Source of the DNA: an uncultured delta proteobacterium
GTDB lineage: Bacteria; Desulfobacterota; Zymogenia; Zymogenales; Zymogenaceae
Direction of reading: 5' to 3'
DNA length: 64,000 bases
Assembly: GCA_963735595.1 (NCBI GenBank)
Contig: CAVTLK010000001.1
Span: forward strand, 928,001-992,000
Positions 51,282 to 60,927 of this stretch are shown one piece after another. The notes beneath the pieces are model-generated. The model saw only the letters and a program-made list of their open reading frames with translations. It searched no databases and had not been told where the DNA came from. Made by a program: the position numbers and the translations under genes. Position 1 is the stretch's first letter. Every line of letters begins with the position of its first letter.

Positions 51282-52283
51282 TTATCGCATCTCCAGCTTC
51301 CCGTCCCGATAGAGCCGTGCTATCTCTTCCATCGACTTCTCGAAATCGGGATAGAGAAACGTGAAGCCGCTCTTCTTGAGCGCGGCGTTGTCCACCACGT
51401 AGTCGTGATAGAGATACTGCGACCGCGTCGTACTCGAGGTCCGGGTACCTTCCCCTTCCGGGCGGACACGAAGCCGTCGGCCTTGGCGGCGATCTTGACG
51501 AGCCACAACGGCAGGTGAAGCGTGGGCGGCTTTTTCCCGAAGGCCAGGGCCGCCAGGCGTCAGGGCCCGCTCGATGGTCGGTTTGGAATCGTCGACGATG
51601 TTGTAGATCTTGCCGGTGTTGCCCGAAAGCTCCGACAGGTGCACCACCGCCCGCGCCACGTCCTCCGCACGGACGTTGGCGAGAAGCTGCTTGCCGCTGC
51701 CGGGGATCGCCGTGATCGAGGTGGGCCGGGAAAAGGCCTTGCCCGCCCCGTCCGTACAGCGGGGGCCGTAGACGGTGCAGGGGCGGCAGAGGATCGGCGT
51801 CAAGCCCCTTTTCGAGCGCCGCAAACAGCATATTCTCGCCGTCCCTCTTGCTCCTGCCGTAGTCGTCCTGCGGGTTGCGCGGAGAGTCTTCCCGGAAGGG
51901 GGAGCCGGTATACGGCCCGTAGACGCTGGTGGAGGTCACGTGGACGAACCGCTTGACCCCCGCCTTGATGGCCGCCTCCGTGATCAGGGCAACCCCCGCC
52001 ACGTTGGTGGGATAGAGGCGCTCATAGGGCGTGGAGAAATTGCAGATCGCCCCCATGTGGATGACCCGATCGACCTCTCCCTCAAACAGCGGCGGCACCG
52101 TCTCGGGCTTCGTCAGGTCGGCGGCCACGTACTGGACCCCCAGCCGGTCGAAAAACGACGTGTCTTTTCTGGGCCGGGCGGTGGCCCTGACCTTGACGCC
52201 CGATTTGGCCAGGTGTTCGACCAGGTGGCTCCCCATGAAAGCCGGCGGCCCCGGTAACCAACGTGATCCCGGTAGAATTTCAC
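51282..52283 (-). CDS. Extended SDR / NAD-dependent epimerase-dehydratase (3beta-HSD-like; several frameshifts)
   Basis: VTGAAGFMG, TSTSVYG, YGRSK, RPCTVYGP and VRAEDVARA. The GTG overlaps the PadR stop. Confidence 0.82.
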
Positions 52284-52883
52284 GTCGTTCCTCCTGTGGT
52301 TGCGACCGCTTTAACGTTCTCCCGGTCTATCGTATCCCCGCTGCTGCGGGATTTCCGGGAGGATATCTCGGCCTGAATCTCGACCTTGACGCGCTCAAGC
52401 CAGGCCAGCATCATCTCGTTGAGCGAAATACCCAGTTCTCTCATAAGACGGACGTTGGTGTTCTCGTTCTGTTTATGGTCGTATCGGTGGCGCCGTGAGG
52501 AGAGATCCGCGTGATAGATCCGTATCTGCTCCTCGATGATTTCGAGGGACCGTTCTTTATCCCCGAAGGAGAAAGAAGACGAACTTGAGCAGAAAAGGAT
52601 CGCGGATGAGCATTCCCCGCTCGGGCGCCGTATTGAGCCACTCCGCAAAGGCCTCTTCACCCTTCTCGGTGATGGAATAGAGCTTCTTGTCGGGGACGTT
52701 TTTCTGGGCCACGTCGACCTTCGTCACCAGCCCCTCCTGCTCGAGCTGCTTGAGGTTCGGGTAGATCTGACCGTAGTTGATGGACCACATGAAGCCGAAT
52801 TCATTCTCGATGACTTCCTTGATACGGTAGCCGTGCATATCTTTGTAATGAAGCAGTCCCAGGATGGCGTATTTCACGGACAT
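52280..52883 (-). CDS. PadR family regulator with Vir_act_alpha_C-like C-terminus (frameshift near 52570)
   Basis: AILGLL...MHGY.IK...WS...GQIYP.L..LE..G, KKLYSIT.KG and ...LAWL. Confidence 0.9.
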
Positions 52884-52990
52884 GGTGTTTCCTCGCGGGT
52901 AGTGGGAAAAGGACTCGATCGGTCGGCGGGAAAAGGGAGCATCGGATCGCCGGAGGACCGATACGACGTTACGGGGAAGGCCGATGAATT

Positions 52991-53030
52991 TATGTCGAAA
53001 GTATATATATCCATAGTATATATGTCAAGG
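52991..53030 (-). promoter_or_regulatory. Near-consensus sigma70 promoter embedded in 15-bp tandem operator-like repeats
   Basis: Minus strand TTGACA (53028-53023), N17, TATACT (53005-53000). Plus-strand repeats tatgtcgaaagtata / tatatccatagtata / tatgtcaagg. Confidence 0.75.
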
Positions 53031-53197
53031 CTTTTTTTCGTTCTCGAAAAGGCGTTAACGCTGTATGGGATGACCTCGGCCGTATGTCTAATCCGTCATC
53101 GGGAGGAGGAATCAATCCGGTTTGGTGTAGTACGGGCCGGCCCCGATATGATAATATGGCCCGGTCGTTCTGGCGCCCATGATGACACAGGAACACG

Positions 53198-53944
53198 ATG
53201 AATTTGGCCCTTCTACCTCGCGTGGGACACTCCCGGCCCGACCTGCCGAAGACGGCGGCCCGGATTTCGATCGTTTTGGGTATCGCCGCCCTGCTTGCCG
53301 TCCCGGCCTGGGCGGGACCCGTGCTGTCAGCGGACATCGTCGCCGATATCTTCTCTTCCCGGACCAACGAGGCCGGCCGGGACTTTTCGCCGGCCGCCGT
53401 GGCCGTCGTCGAGGGCGCTTTTACCGCCCCCGGGATGACCGAGGCCGTGGTCTCTTTTTCCGACGCTAACCAATCACACGCCCTGGGTACCGCCGAGATA
53501 TGGCTGCTTCGGCTCGTCGGTGAACGATGGGAGCCGGTCGCGAAGATCGCCGAGTCCGATACCGCCGAATTCGTCACCACCGACCTCAACGGCGACGGCG
53601 CCCTCGAGCTGCTCACTCACACGGCCGCCGGAAACCAGGGCTACTTGGTCATCTGCCGTCGCCTCGTCTACTTCGCGGACGGAAACCCGACCGACCTCCT
53701 GACCTTCGAGGGTTTCGATAATACCGGCTGGCCCGACAAGGGGATCTGCGCCTTCGACGCGCGCTTTGCGTTCAAGGACGTCAACCGGGACGGTGTCATC
53801 GAGGTCGAGCTGACTGAATATTACGATTACTGCCAAAAAGAAGGAGACGCGTCGGTCTTCCTGCGCCGGTCGGAGCGGTCAACCGTCTTTTGTCCCGTAA
53901 TCTCGGCCTCCGGCTCGATCATCGGAATCCAGCGGCTCCATTAG
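53198..53944 (+). CDS. Secreted hypothetical protein with DxNxDG Ca-binding (FG-GAP-like) motifs
   Basis: Signal-like hydrophobic stretch ending AWA, plus DLNGDG and DVNRDG. Start uncertain. Confidence 0.65.
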   Translation: MNLALLPRVGHSRPDLPKTAARISIVLGIAALLAVPAWAGPVLSADIVADIFSSRTNEAGRDFSPAAVAVVEGAFTAPGMTEAVVSFSDANQSHALGTAEIWLLRLVGERWEPVAKIAESDTAEFVTTDLNGDGALELLTHTAAGNQGYLVICRRLVYFADGNPTDLLTFEGFDNTGWPDKGICAFDARFAFKDVNRDGVIEVELTEYYDYCQKEGDASVFLRRSERSTVFCPVISASGSIIGIQRLH

Positions 53945-54139
53945 CCCTGCGTCGCATCGCACCCCCCCTCATCACGGACGAATCGATTTATTCGCCGCCC
54001 TATTGAAAAGCGGGTCGTCGCAAACTAAATTATTACTATATTAGTAGTATTTTATCGCCCGCGACGAAGGAAAGGCTCTGCTATGCTGTTTATAGTAGTA
54101 AGAGAACGCGATAACGACAAAACGCAAAAGGAGAGACTG

Positions 54140-54343
54140 ATGGGAGCAATAGTATTGGTGCTTCTGGCGATAGCGGCGGGCTTGCTGATATACCGTTACC
54201 GGTCCCAGGGCACGCTTGATATACTGCAATCGGATCGGAACCGGTCGAATCAGACACCTGAGGATATCCTGAAGCGTCGGCTGGCCGAAGGGAAGATCGA
54301 TGAGAAAGAATATACCCGGATCAGACGGACGCTTAGCTCCTGA
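54140..54343 (+). CDS. SHOCT domain membrane protein
   Basis: TM plus DILKRRLAEGKIDEKEY. Confidence 0.8.
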   Translation: MGAIVLVLLAIAAGLLIYRYRSQGTLDILQSDRNRSNQTPEDILKRRLAEGKIDEKEYTRIRRTLSS

Positions 54344-54388
54344 AATTAGGGGTTAGGGTCGGTCCGGCCTGACAGAAAGGAGTCTGCT

Positions 54389-54715
54389 ATGTTTGAGACA
54401 CTTATTTCGAGCGCGTATGGAACAATCGGCACGCTCTTGGGTGGATGGTGCGGCGGATGGGGCGGCGGCCTTTACGGCGGCCGCGGATTCGGTATGATGG
54501 GAGGGTTCTGGCCCTTCGGGATGGTCTTTATGGGGATCTTCTGGATTGCGGTTATCGCGCTTGCCGTGTGGGCGCTCTGGCGCCTGACCGGCGGCAGGAA
54601 TGTCCCCGTAAGCGCTGAGTCTCACCTGGACATCCTGAAGCGCCGCCTGGCCGAAGGCGAGATCACGACCGATGAGTTTACCAGGCTCAAGAAGACCATC
54701 GGAGAAAAGAAATAG
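54389..54715 (+). CDS. SHOCT domain membrane protein (Gly/Met-rich N-terminus)
   Basis: GMMGG, TM and DILKRRLAEGEITTDEF. Confidence 0.85.
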   Translation: MFETLISSAYGTIGTLLGGWCGGWGGGLYGGRGFGMMGGFWPFGMVFMGIFWIAVIALAVWALWRLTGGRNVPVSAESHLDILKRRLAEGEITTDEFTRLKKTIGEKK

Positions 54716-54791
54716 GTTACTGAATCCTTCGGGCTCTCTCCACATCTGTATTGACAGGAGCCGAAGGGCGATCTCTCTATGGTCGGAATTC

Positions 54792-54894
54792 GGAGCTTAC
54801 ATAAGAATGTACGATCGGGACTGCCGGATCCGATGACCGGCTGAGAGACCCGACAGAATATACAATGAAAGCCCCTCTCAGGAGGGGCTTTCTT
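54792..54894 (+). ncRNA. Candidate structured leader or sRNA ending in a terminator
   Basis: Nested stems TCGGG/CCCGA and GCCGG/CCGGC with GCTGAGA. Terminator GAAAGCCCCTC-TCAG-GAGGGGCTTTC. Confidence 0.35.
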
Positions 54895-55016
54895 ACTGAG
54901 ATCACTTTTTGCGACCGGCCCGCTTAAATGACCTCGACCTCATACCGGGCACGGCCGGATGGAATCGTATAGGCGTCATAAATGAATAGAAAAACTCAAA
55001 GACAAGAGGTGTAGCG

Positions 55017-55412
55017 ATGAACACAAAAAAAATTCTCGGCGTATTGCTGATAGCGGCCGCCTTCGTATACGCGGCACTTCCGGCCTATTCGGCCGAAACC
55101 CCGAAACCGTACGTCGCCGATCCGAAGGCAAAAGAGATAACCATCGACATGAAGGCGTATAAATACGCGTTTGACCCCGGCGACATCACGGTCTACAAGG
55201 GACAGAAGATCACCCTGAACATCACCTCCCTTGACAGTAAACACGGTTTCAAGCTCGATGGGTATGACATCAACGTCACCGTCGTTCCGGGAATGGTCAC
55301 GACCGTGACGTTCGTTGCCGACGAAACCGGGGAGTTCCCCTTCAAGTGCTCGGTATTCTGCGGATCCGGGCACATGAGTATGAAAGGGGTGCTCAAGGTC
55401 ATCGCACCATAA
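55017..55412 (+). CDS. Secreted cupredoxin with CuA-type motif
   Basis: Signal peptide, D..HGF and CSVFCGSGHMSM (CxxxCxxxHxxM). Confidence 0.88.
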   Translation: MNTKKILGVLLIAAAFVYAALPAYSAETPKPYVADPKAKEITIDMKAYKYAFDPGDITVYKGQKITLNITSLDSKHGFKLDGYDINVTVVPGMVTTVTFVADETGEFPFKCSVFCGSGHMSMKGVLKVIAP

Positions 55413-55442
55413 CGCTGGTTTAACCTATCGGGATACTCCCGA

Positions 55443-55476
55443 CGGGGGATTCGGAATTTCCGATCCCCCTTTTTTG
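55443..55476 (+). terminator. Rho-independent terminator
   Basis: GGGGGAT(T)CGGAA/TTCCGATCCCCC plus T-tract. Confidence 0.7.
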
Positions 55477-55784
55477 TGTCGCGCGCCGGTAATAATCACT
55501 GGCACGTCCATAGGCGGTGTGATATAGTAACTTTCGGGTCAGTTGGGCGGCAGATACGTGGATGTTCGTTATTCCGTCGATCGCCGATACCTGATCTCCC
55601 GATCCGAGTGACCACGTTTTCCCGATCAGCCGTCGTTATATATCTCCTGTAAATCTTCAGCAAGAAGCGGAGTCGTCGGTATATCGAACAACGAGGGACC
55701 CGCGGAACCGGAAAAGCGATCGTAAGTCCGCCCGCAAAGGGAAGATCCGGCTCCATAATCGGTCCGTTGCAGGGAGTGACGAAC

Positions 55785-55934
55785 ATGTATGAGAGCCTCT
55801 TTAAGGCGGCCGCCCTCCTGATCATCTTCTATACGGTTTACCACCTGATACGGCTCATCAGAAACGTCATAGAAGAAAGCAGAAAGACCGATAAAGGCAA
55901 AGAACCGGACAACCGGCACCACGACGCCCCGTAA
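55785..55934 (+). CDS. Small single-TM protein (49 aa, absent from the ORF track)
   Basis: GGGAG RBS, then MYESLFKAAALLIIFYTVYHLIRLIRNVIEESRKTDKGKEPDNRHHDAP*. Confidence 0.5.
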   Translation: MYESLFKAAALLIIFYTVYHLIRLIRNVIEESRKTDKGKEPDNRHHDAP

Positions 55935-56152
55935 CAAGGCCCGCGCCGCCCCGGCACCCAGACCCTCGATACGGCGGTAGCCTTGTTTGTCCCTTCCCGC
56001 GGCCGGTAATAAATTGACGGCGGTGTCTTTACATCGACTCGTTTTTATGATAGATTTGGCCGAGGTCGCGGGGGACGCCGCTTCTGCCCGATAGCCGTCC
56101 CGCGCCGTTTAAAACCGCTAAACCGCCACTGAATACTGAAAGGAGAGATAGC

Positions 56153-57262
56153 GTGAAGTCACGAACCGTACGTGTACCGTGTATCGTCATTATGCTTATC
56201 GCCGTAATCGGGGCATATTCCTGCGGTAAGAAGGGCCCGGAGGGGATGACGCCCGAAGCCGGCGGCCCCGGTGAAGCGGGCAAGGGCTTCGAATTTGCTA
56301 TCGAGCCGATGTTTGACGATTGCCTCCCCTTTTCGGAGGGGATGGCCGGCGTCTTCATCGACGGCCGGTGGGGATTCGTCGACAAGACCGGCGCGATGAT
56401 CGTGCCGTCCACCTACAGCGAGGTGGGCTCGTTTTACGACGGGCTGGCCGCAGTGGAGCTGGATAATAAGTGGGGATTTATCGACAAGGCCGGCACCGTC
56501 GCCGTCTCCCCCCGATATATCTATCCCTATAGAGAAGGGCCTTCCTACCGGTTTTCCGAGGGGCTTGCCGCCGTCTATACAGATGGGATGTGGGGATATA
56601 TAAACAAGTCCGGAGGGCTTGTCATCGCCGCCCGGTACGATTCGGCCGGGCCCTTCCTCGACGGCCTGGCACACGTGATAAAGGACGGCACGGATGTCTT
56701 TATCGACAAGACCGGAAAGGCCGTCGTCGAGCCGAAATGCACCTGGGTCCTCGACTTTTCCGAGGGGTTTGCCGCAATCAATGTCGGCAACAAGATCGGC
56801 TTTATTGATAAGACCGGAAAGACCGTGATCCAGCCGACCTACGAGATAAAGTCGGACAAGCCTTCCTTCCCTCCGATCTTCTCCAACGGCATGGTCCAGG
56901 TCAGGGTGGAAGAGAAATTCGGCTACATCGATACGACCGGCAAACTTGTCATCGAGGCGAAATACGATTTTGCCGGCCCCTTTTCGGAGGGAATGGCCCC
57001 CGTCATCCCCGACAACACGAAAAACAAGGTCGGATTCATAGATAAGACCGGTGCGATGATTATCAAACCGCAGTTCTTTGACGCCACCAACTTCGCCGAG
57101 GGGCTGGCGGCAGTCCAGGTCGACGAAAAGTGGGGATATATCGATAAGACCGGCGAGTTTATCATTCCGCCGCAGTTCGACATGGTCTGGAACTTTTCCG
57201 AAGGATTGGCCCGTGTCAAAGTCGGGCGTAAGTGGGGATATATCACCAATCCCTTACAGTGA
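56153..57262 (+). CDS. WG/KWG-repeat lipoprotein
   Basis: Lipobox-like AYSC and about 8 repeats of FSEGLAAV...KWGYIDKTG...I.P. Confidence 0.9.
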   Translation: MKSRTVRVPCIVIMLIAVIGAYSCGKKGPEGMTPEAGGPGEAGKGFEFAIEPMFDDCLPFSEGMAGVFIDGRWGFVDKTGAMIVPSTYSEVGSFYDGLAAVELDNKWGFIDKAGTVAVSPRYIYPYREGPSYRFSEGLAAVYTDGMWGYINKSGGLVIAARYDSAGPFLDGLAHVIKDGTDVFIDKTGKAVVEPKCTWVLDFSEGFAAINVGNKIGFIDKTGKTVIQPTYEIKSDKPSFPPIFSNGMVQVRVEEKFGYIDTTGKLVIEAKYDFAGPFSEGMAPVIPDNTKNKVGFIDKTGAMIIKPQFFDATNFAEGLAAVQVDEKWGYIDKTGEFIIPPQFDMVWNFSEGLARVKVGRKWGYITNPLQ

Positions 57263-57300
57263 CATCCGGAAGACCCGCTTAAAGCGGTAGCAGTATAATT

Positions 57301-57333
57301 CGGGGCGCGCCTGCAGGCGGCCCCGTTTTTTTA
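57301..57333 (+). terminator. Rho-independent terminator
   Basis: CGGGGC(G)CGCCT/AGGCGGCCCCG plus T-tract. Confidence 0.6.
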
Positions 57334-57472
57334 TTCCGCGAGCCGAGGGCTTACCCGGCGGTCCGATACGCCAAACGCGACCCATCGAAGGCCGCCGCGT
57401 ATTTTTCGTGGTATAATTATTGTCATATAGGTCTATAGATTCTTTATCGTACAGCGACAAGGAGGATCATAC

Positions 57473-58486
57473 ATGAAAAAGGTAGCGATTAACGGGTTGG
57501 GAAGAATCGGACGACTCATCCTGCGCAATTTCATCGAAACGCCCCCGGGCGCCACAGGTGAGATAGAAATAGTGGCAGCAAATGACCTTACCCCGATGGA
57601 CGACCTGGCTTACCTCATGCGCTACGACTCGGTCCACGGGAGGGCCCCCTTCGAGGTGAAATTCGGCGAAGGTTCCCTCGATCTCGGGGGAAAACGTATC
57701 GCCGTCACCCACGAGAAGGACCCCGCGAACCTCCCCTGGAAAGCGCTCGGGATAGACACCGTCATGGAGTGCACGGGAGCCTTCCGCGGGCGCGCCGATG
57801 CCGGCAAACATATCGACGCCGGGGCGTCCCATGTCATCATCAGCGCCCCGTCCGAGGATGTCGACGCCACCTTCATCGTCGGCGTCAACGAAAAGACCTA
57901 CGATCCCGCCAAGCACCGCGTCGTCTCCAATGCCTCCTGCACCACCAACTCGCTCGCCCCGACGGTCAAGGTCATGAACGACACCTTCGGCGTGGAGTAC
58001 CTGTTTGTAACCACCGTCCACGCCTATACGTCAAGCCAGTCCCTCGTGGACAAGGCCGCCCGAAAGATGCGCCGGGGCAGGGCCGCGGCCGTCTCGTTCA
58101 TCCCCACATCCACCGGCGCCGCCGACGCCACCGCCCTGGTCATCCCGGAGCTGAAGGGGAGGATGAACGCCATCGCCGTGCGGGCGCCCGTGCCGGACGG
58201 GTCGCTCACCGATATCGTCGCCGTCCTGAAAAAGGACGTCACCGTCGAGACCCTGAACGGGGCGTTCAAGGCGGCGGCCGACGGTCCTTTGAAGGGGATT
58301 CTGGCCTATAGCGAGGAAGAGCTGGTGTCGGCCGATATCATCGGCTGCCCCCACTCGGGCGTCGTAGACGGACTGTCCACGATGGTTATCAAGGACCGGT
58401 TTGTCAAGGTCTTCGTCTGGTACGACAACGAATACGGCTATTCCCACCGGATGCTCGACCTGGCGCGTCACATGGCGCGTGCATAG
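57473..58486 (+). CDS. gap: Type I glyceraldehyde-3-phosphate dehydrogenase
   Basis: INGLGRIGR, YDSVHG, SNASCTTN, TSTGAA and WYDNEYGY. Confidence 0.95.
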   Translation: MKKVAINGLGRIGRLILRNFIETPPGATGEIEIVAANDLTPMDDLAYLMRYDSVHGRAPFEVKFGEGSLDLGGKRIAVTHEKDPANLPWKALGIDTVMECTGAFRGRADAGKHIDAGASHVIISAPSEDVDATFIVGVNEKTYDPAKHRVVSNASCTTNSLAPTVKVMNDTFGVEYLFVTTVHAYTSSQSLVDKAARKMRRGRAAAVSFIPTSTGAADATALVIPELKGRMNAIAVRAPVPDGSLTDIVAVLKKDVTVETLNGAFKAAADGPLKGILAYSEEELVSADIIGCPHSGVVDGLSTMVIKDRFVKVFVWYDNEYGYSHRMLDLARHMARA

Positions 58487-58625
58487 CCCCGAACACGGTG
58501 CAGTACCGGCCGTTTCGTCTTGATTTTTTCCGCCGATAGGCTATGATGGAGCGGTAATCGGCAATCTGAATCGCCCCTGTTCGGCCGCAGCTGTTGCCGC
58601 CCGCTCACCACATAGAGGAGGTAGT

Positions 58626-59315
58626 ATGTACTGGCACCTCATCCCGGTACCGCTTGTCCTTATCGTCATCGGGTTTTACGCCGTGGCCCGCGCCAAAAAC
58701 GACCTCAAACGGGTGGCGGTTGTCCAGCCGCTGGGCACGATCCTTGCCATTGTGATCTGCGCCCTCTCCCTCCTAACGCCGCATGCCGTCGTCGGTTTTA
58801 CCGCGTTCATCCTCGCGGGCCTGGTGCTGGCGTTAATCGGCGACTTCCTCAACGTCGACATGACCAGCCAGAAGGTCGTCATTGTGGGCCTGGTCATATT
58901 CGTCTTCGCCTATCTGGCCTACGCCGTCGGAATGGCCTTCTACAACGGCTTCCATAGCGCCGACCTGATCGTCGCAGCGGCGCTGCTGGCGATCCTGTGC
59001 GCCCTCATGGCCTACCTCTGGCCGGGGCTCGGCCCCATGAGGATACCGTTCGTCATCTACGGCGCGATCCTCTGCATCATGGTCAACCGGGCCGTTTCCA
59101 CCTTCTTCGGGGACGCCTTTTCCACGACCCAGGCCGTCCTCCTGACCGCGGGAACGCTGATGATATTTTTCGGAGACATGCTGTTTGCGGTCACGTCCTA
59201 TAAAAAGCCGTCCCCGCCACCTGCGGCCGTCTCCCTGAACCTTGCGGGGCCGGCCATGTACGCCGGCGCGCAGCTCCTCATTGCGCTTGCGCCCTCCTAC
59301 TTTCCCGGGGGATAG
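58626..59315 (+). CDS. YhhN/lysoplasmalogenase family membrane protein
   Basis: AGL..ALIGD.L, GL..F..AYL.Y and Y..AQLLIA. Confidence 0.75.
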   Translation: MYWHLIPVPLVLIVIGFYAVARAKNDLKRVAVVQPLGTILAIVICALSLLTPHAVVGFTAFILAGLVLALIGDFLNVDMTSQKVVIVGLVIFVFAYLAYAVGMAFYNGFHSADLIVAAALLAILCALMAYLWPGLGPMRIPFVIYGAILCIMVNRAVSTFFGDAFSTTQAVLLTAGTLMIFFGDMLFAVTSYKKPSPPPAAVSLNLAGPAMYAGAQLLIALAPSYFPGG

Positions 59316-59400
59316 CCGGGAATACCGACCAGGCCCGTGGCACGGCCCCCCTGTCTGAGGCCGCACCGCATGGTCGCTGTCTGTTACACGGAGAAACCGA

Positions 59401-60927
59401 ATGGCCCCGGATACCGACGCCGCGCGAGCCGACGCCAAATCGATTGCCGTCTTCGACGTCGGCAAAACCAACAAGAAACTACTGGTCTTCAATCACCGCC
59501 TGGAGCTCGTGGACGCGGTCTACCACACCTTCGACCAGTACGAGAAAGACGGCGTACAGATCGAGGCCGTGGAGGAGACCTCCGCGTGGCTGATCGCCTC
59601 GCTCAAGGCAATGGCCGCGAAGCACGACATCGGGGCGATCTCGGTATCAACCCACGGGGCGGCCTTTGCCATGATAGACGGCGGCGGCAGGCTCGCGGCG
59701 CCGGTGCTCTCCTACACCACCGACCCCGGTCAGGATTTTTCCTCACGGTTCTCGGCCCAATTCGGCGACCCGGTAACGCTGCAAAGACAGACCAAGACGC
59801 CCGATATGATTGGGTTGGGCTGCATGGCGAAGGGCATCATGTTTGCCCGGGAGCGCTGGCCCGAGGCTTTCAAGAGGGTCTCGGCCATCCTGCCGCTTCC
59901 GCAATACTACGGATTCGTCCTGACGGGCAACAAGGCGATCGACCCGACCAACGTCGGGTGCCACACCGCCTTCTGGAACTTCGAGAAGGGCGACTGGTCG
60001 CCCGTTATCGAGCGGATGGGCATGCGCGCGATCTTCCCCCAATCCATATCGAACCCGTGGGATATCCTCGGGACCGTCAGGCCCGACGTCGCCCGTGAGA
60101 CCGGGCTTTTCGAGGATACGGTGGTGACCGTCGGCATCCACGACTCTAACGCATCGCTCCTGCCCTACCTTATCAAGGAAACGCGCCCGTTTGTCGTCAA
60201 CTCCACGGGCACGGTCTCGGTTTCGTTGCGACCCACGCCGGACGTTACGCTGGCCGACGAGGACCTCGGAAAGGTCGTCTACTACAATCTCTCGGCCTTC
60301 AAGACCCCCGTCAAAACGACCATCTTCATGGGGGGGATGGAGTTCGACACCTATATGGGCCTGCTTTCCTCGATCCACGGCTCGCCCGCACACCCCCCGC
60401 TGGACAAGGCACTGCTGGAAGATATCCTCACGGCCCGCCGGCTCTTTGTGCTCCCCTCGTTTATCCCCTTCGGGATGTTCCCGGACTCCGCCGCCAGGGT
60501 CGTGGAGGGAGATACGGTCATTATGCTGGGAGACCTCTTCGGCGGCACGCACCCCGCGTTTTTCGGGGACTACGCGGCCGCCTACCACGTCCTGGTGCTG
60601 TCGGTGGCCCTGCAGGCCGAGGTCGCGCTCTCGGCCGTGGGCCTGGCCGACGGGATGCGGCTCTTCATCGAGGGGGGTTTTGCCAAAAACGAGATCTATA
60701 CGAGGCTGCTCGCCGCCCTCTTCCCGAAGGCTGCCACGGCCACCACGAACCTCTCGGAGGCCACGGCGTTCGGCGCGGCGCTGATGGGCAAGGCGGCGCT
60801 GATGGGAACCGACCCCCGCGGGCTTTCGGACCTCTTTGAGATCGAGGAAAATCCCGTGCCCCCGGAGGAGTTCAAAGGGCTTGACGGATATCGAACGGAG
60901 TTCCTGAAAATGGTTGGGGGGAAATAG
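59401..60927 (+). CDS. FGGY-family carbohydrate kinase
   Basis: FDVGKTNKK, STHGA, GCHT..W, GIHDSNASL, STGT, EGGF and ATAFGAA. Confidence 0.85.
   Translation: MAPDTDAARADAKSIAVFDVGKTNKKLLVFNHRLELVDAVYHTFDQYEKDGVQIEAVEETSAWLIASLKAMAAKHDIGAISVSTHGAAFAMIDGGGRLAAPVLSYTTDPGQDFSSRFSAQFGDPVTLQRQTKTPDMIGLGCMAKGIMFARERWPEAFKRVSAILPLPQYYGFVLTGNKAIDPTNVGCHTAFWNFEKGDWSPVIERMGMRAIFPQSISNPWDILGTVRPDVARETGLFEDTVVTVGIHDSNASLLPYLIKETRPFVVNSTGTVSVSLRPTPDVTLADEDLGKVVYYNLSAFKTPVKTTIFMGGMEFDTYMGLLSSIHGSPAHPPLDKALLEDILTARRLFVLPSFIPFGMFPDSAARVVEGDTVIMLGDLFGGTHPAFFGDYAAAYHVLVLSVALQAEVALSAVGLADGMRLFIEGGFAKNEIYTRLLAALFPKAATATTNLSEATAFGAALMGKAALMGTDPRGLSDLFEIEENPVPPEEFKGLDGYRTEFLKMVGGK

Noticed and set aside
54792..54894. 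Canonical TPP riboswitch or 6S RNA
   Set aside because: Only the GCUGAGA arm is present, with no P4/P5 consensus. The element is too short and lacks recognisable 6S features, so it is kept only as an orphan candidate.
55496..55937. Minus-strand ORFs 55496-55825 and 55626-55937
   Set aside because: No motifs and atypical composition. A plus-strand small ORF with an RBS is more plausible.
56290..57250. DNA-level repeats within the WG protein as a repeat array
   Set aside because: Fully explained by protein WG/KWG repeats.
57925..57955. GAPDH CTTNS instead of CTTNC as a novel variant
   Set aside because: Loss of the second Cys is a known variation, and the catalytic Cys is intact.
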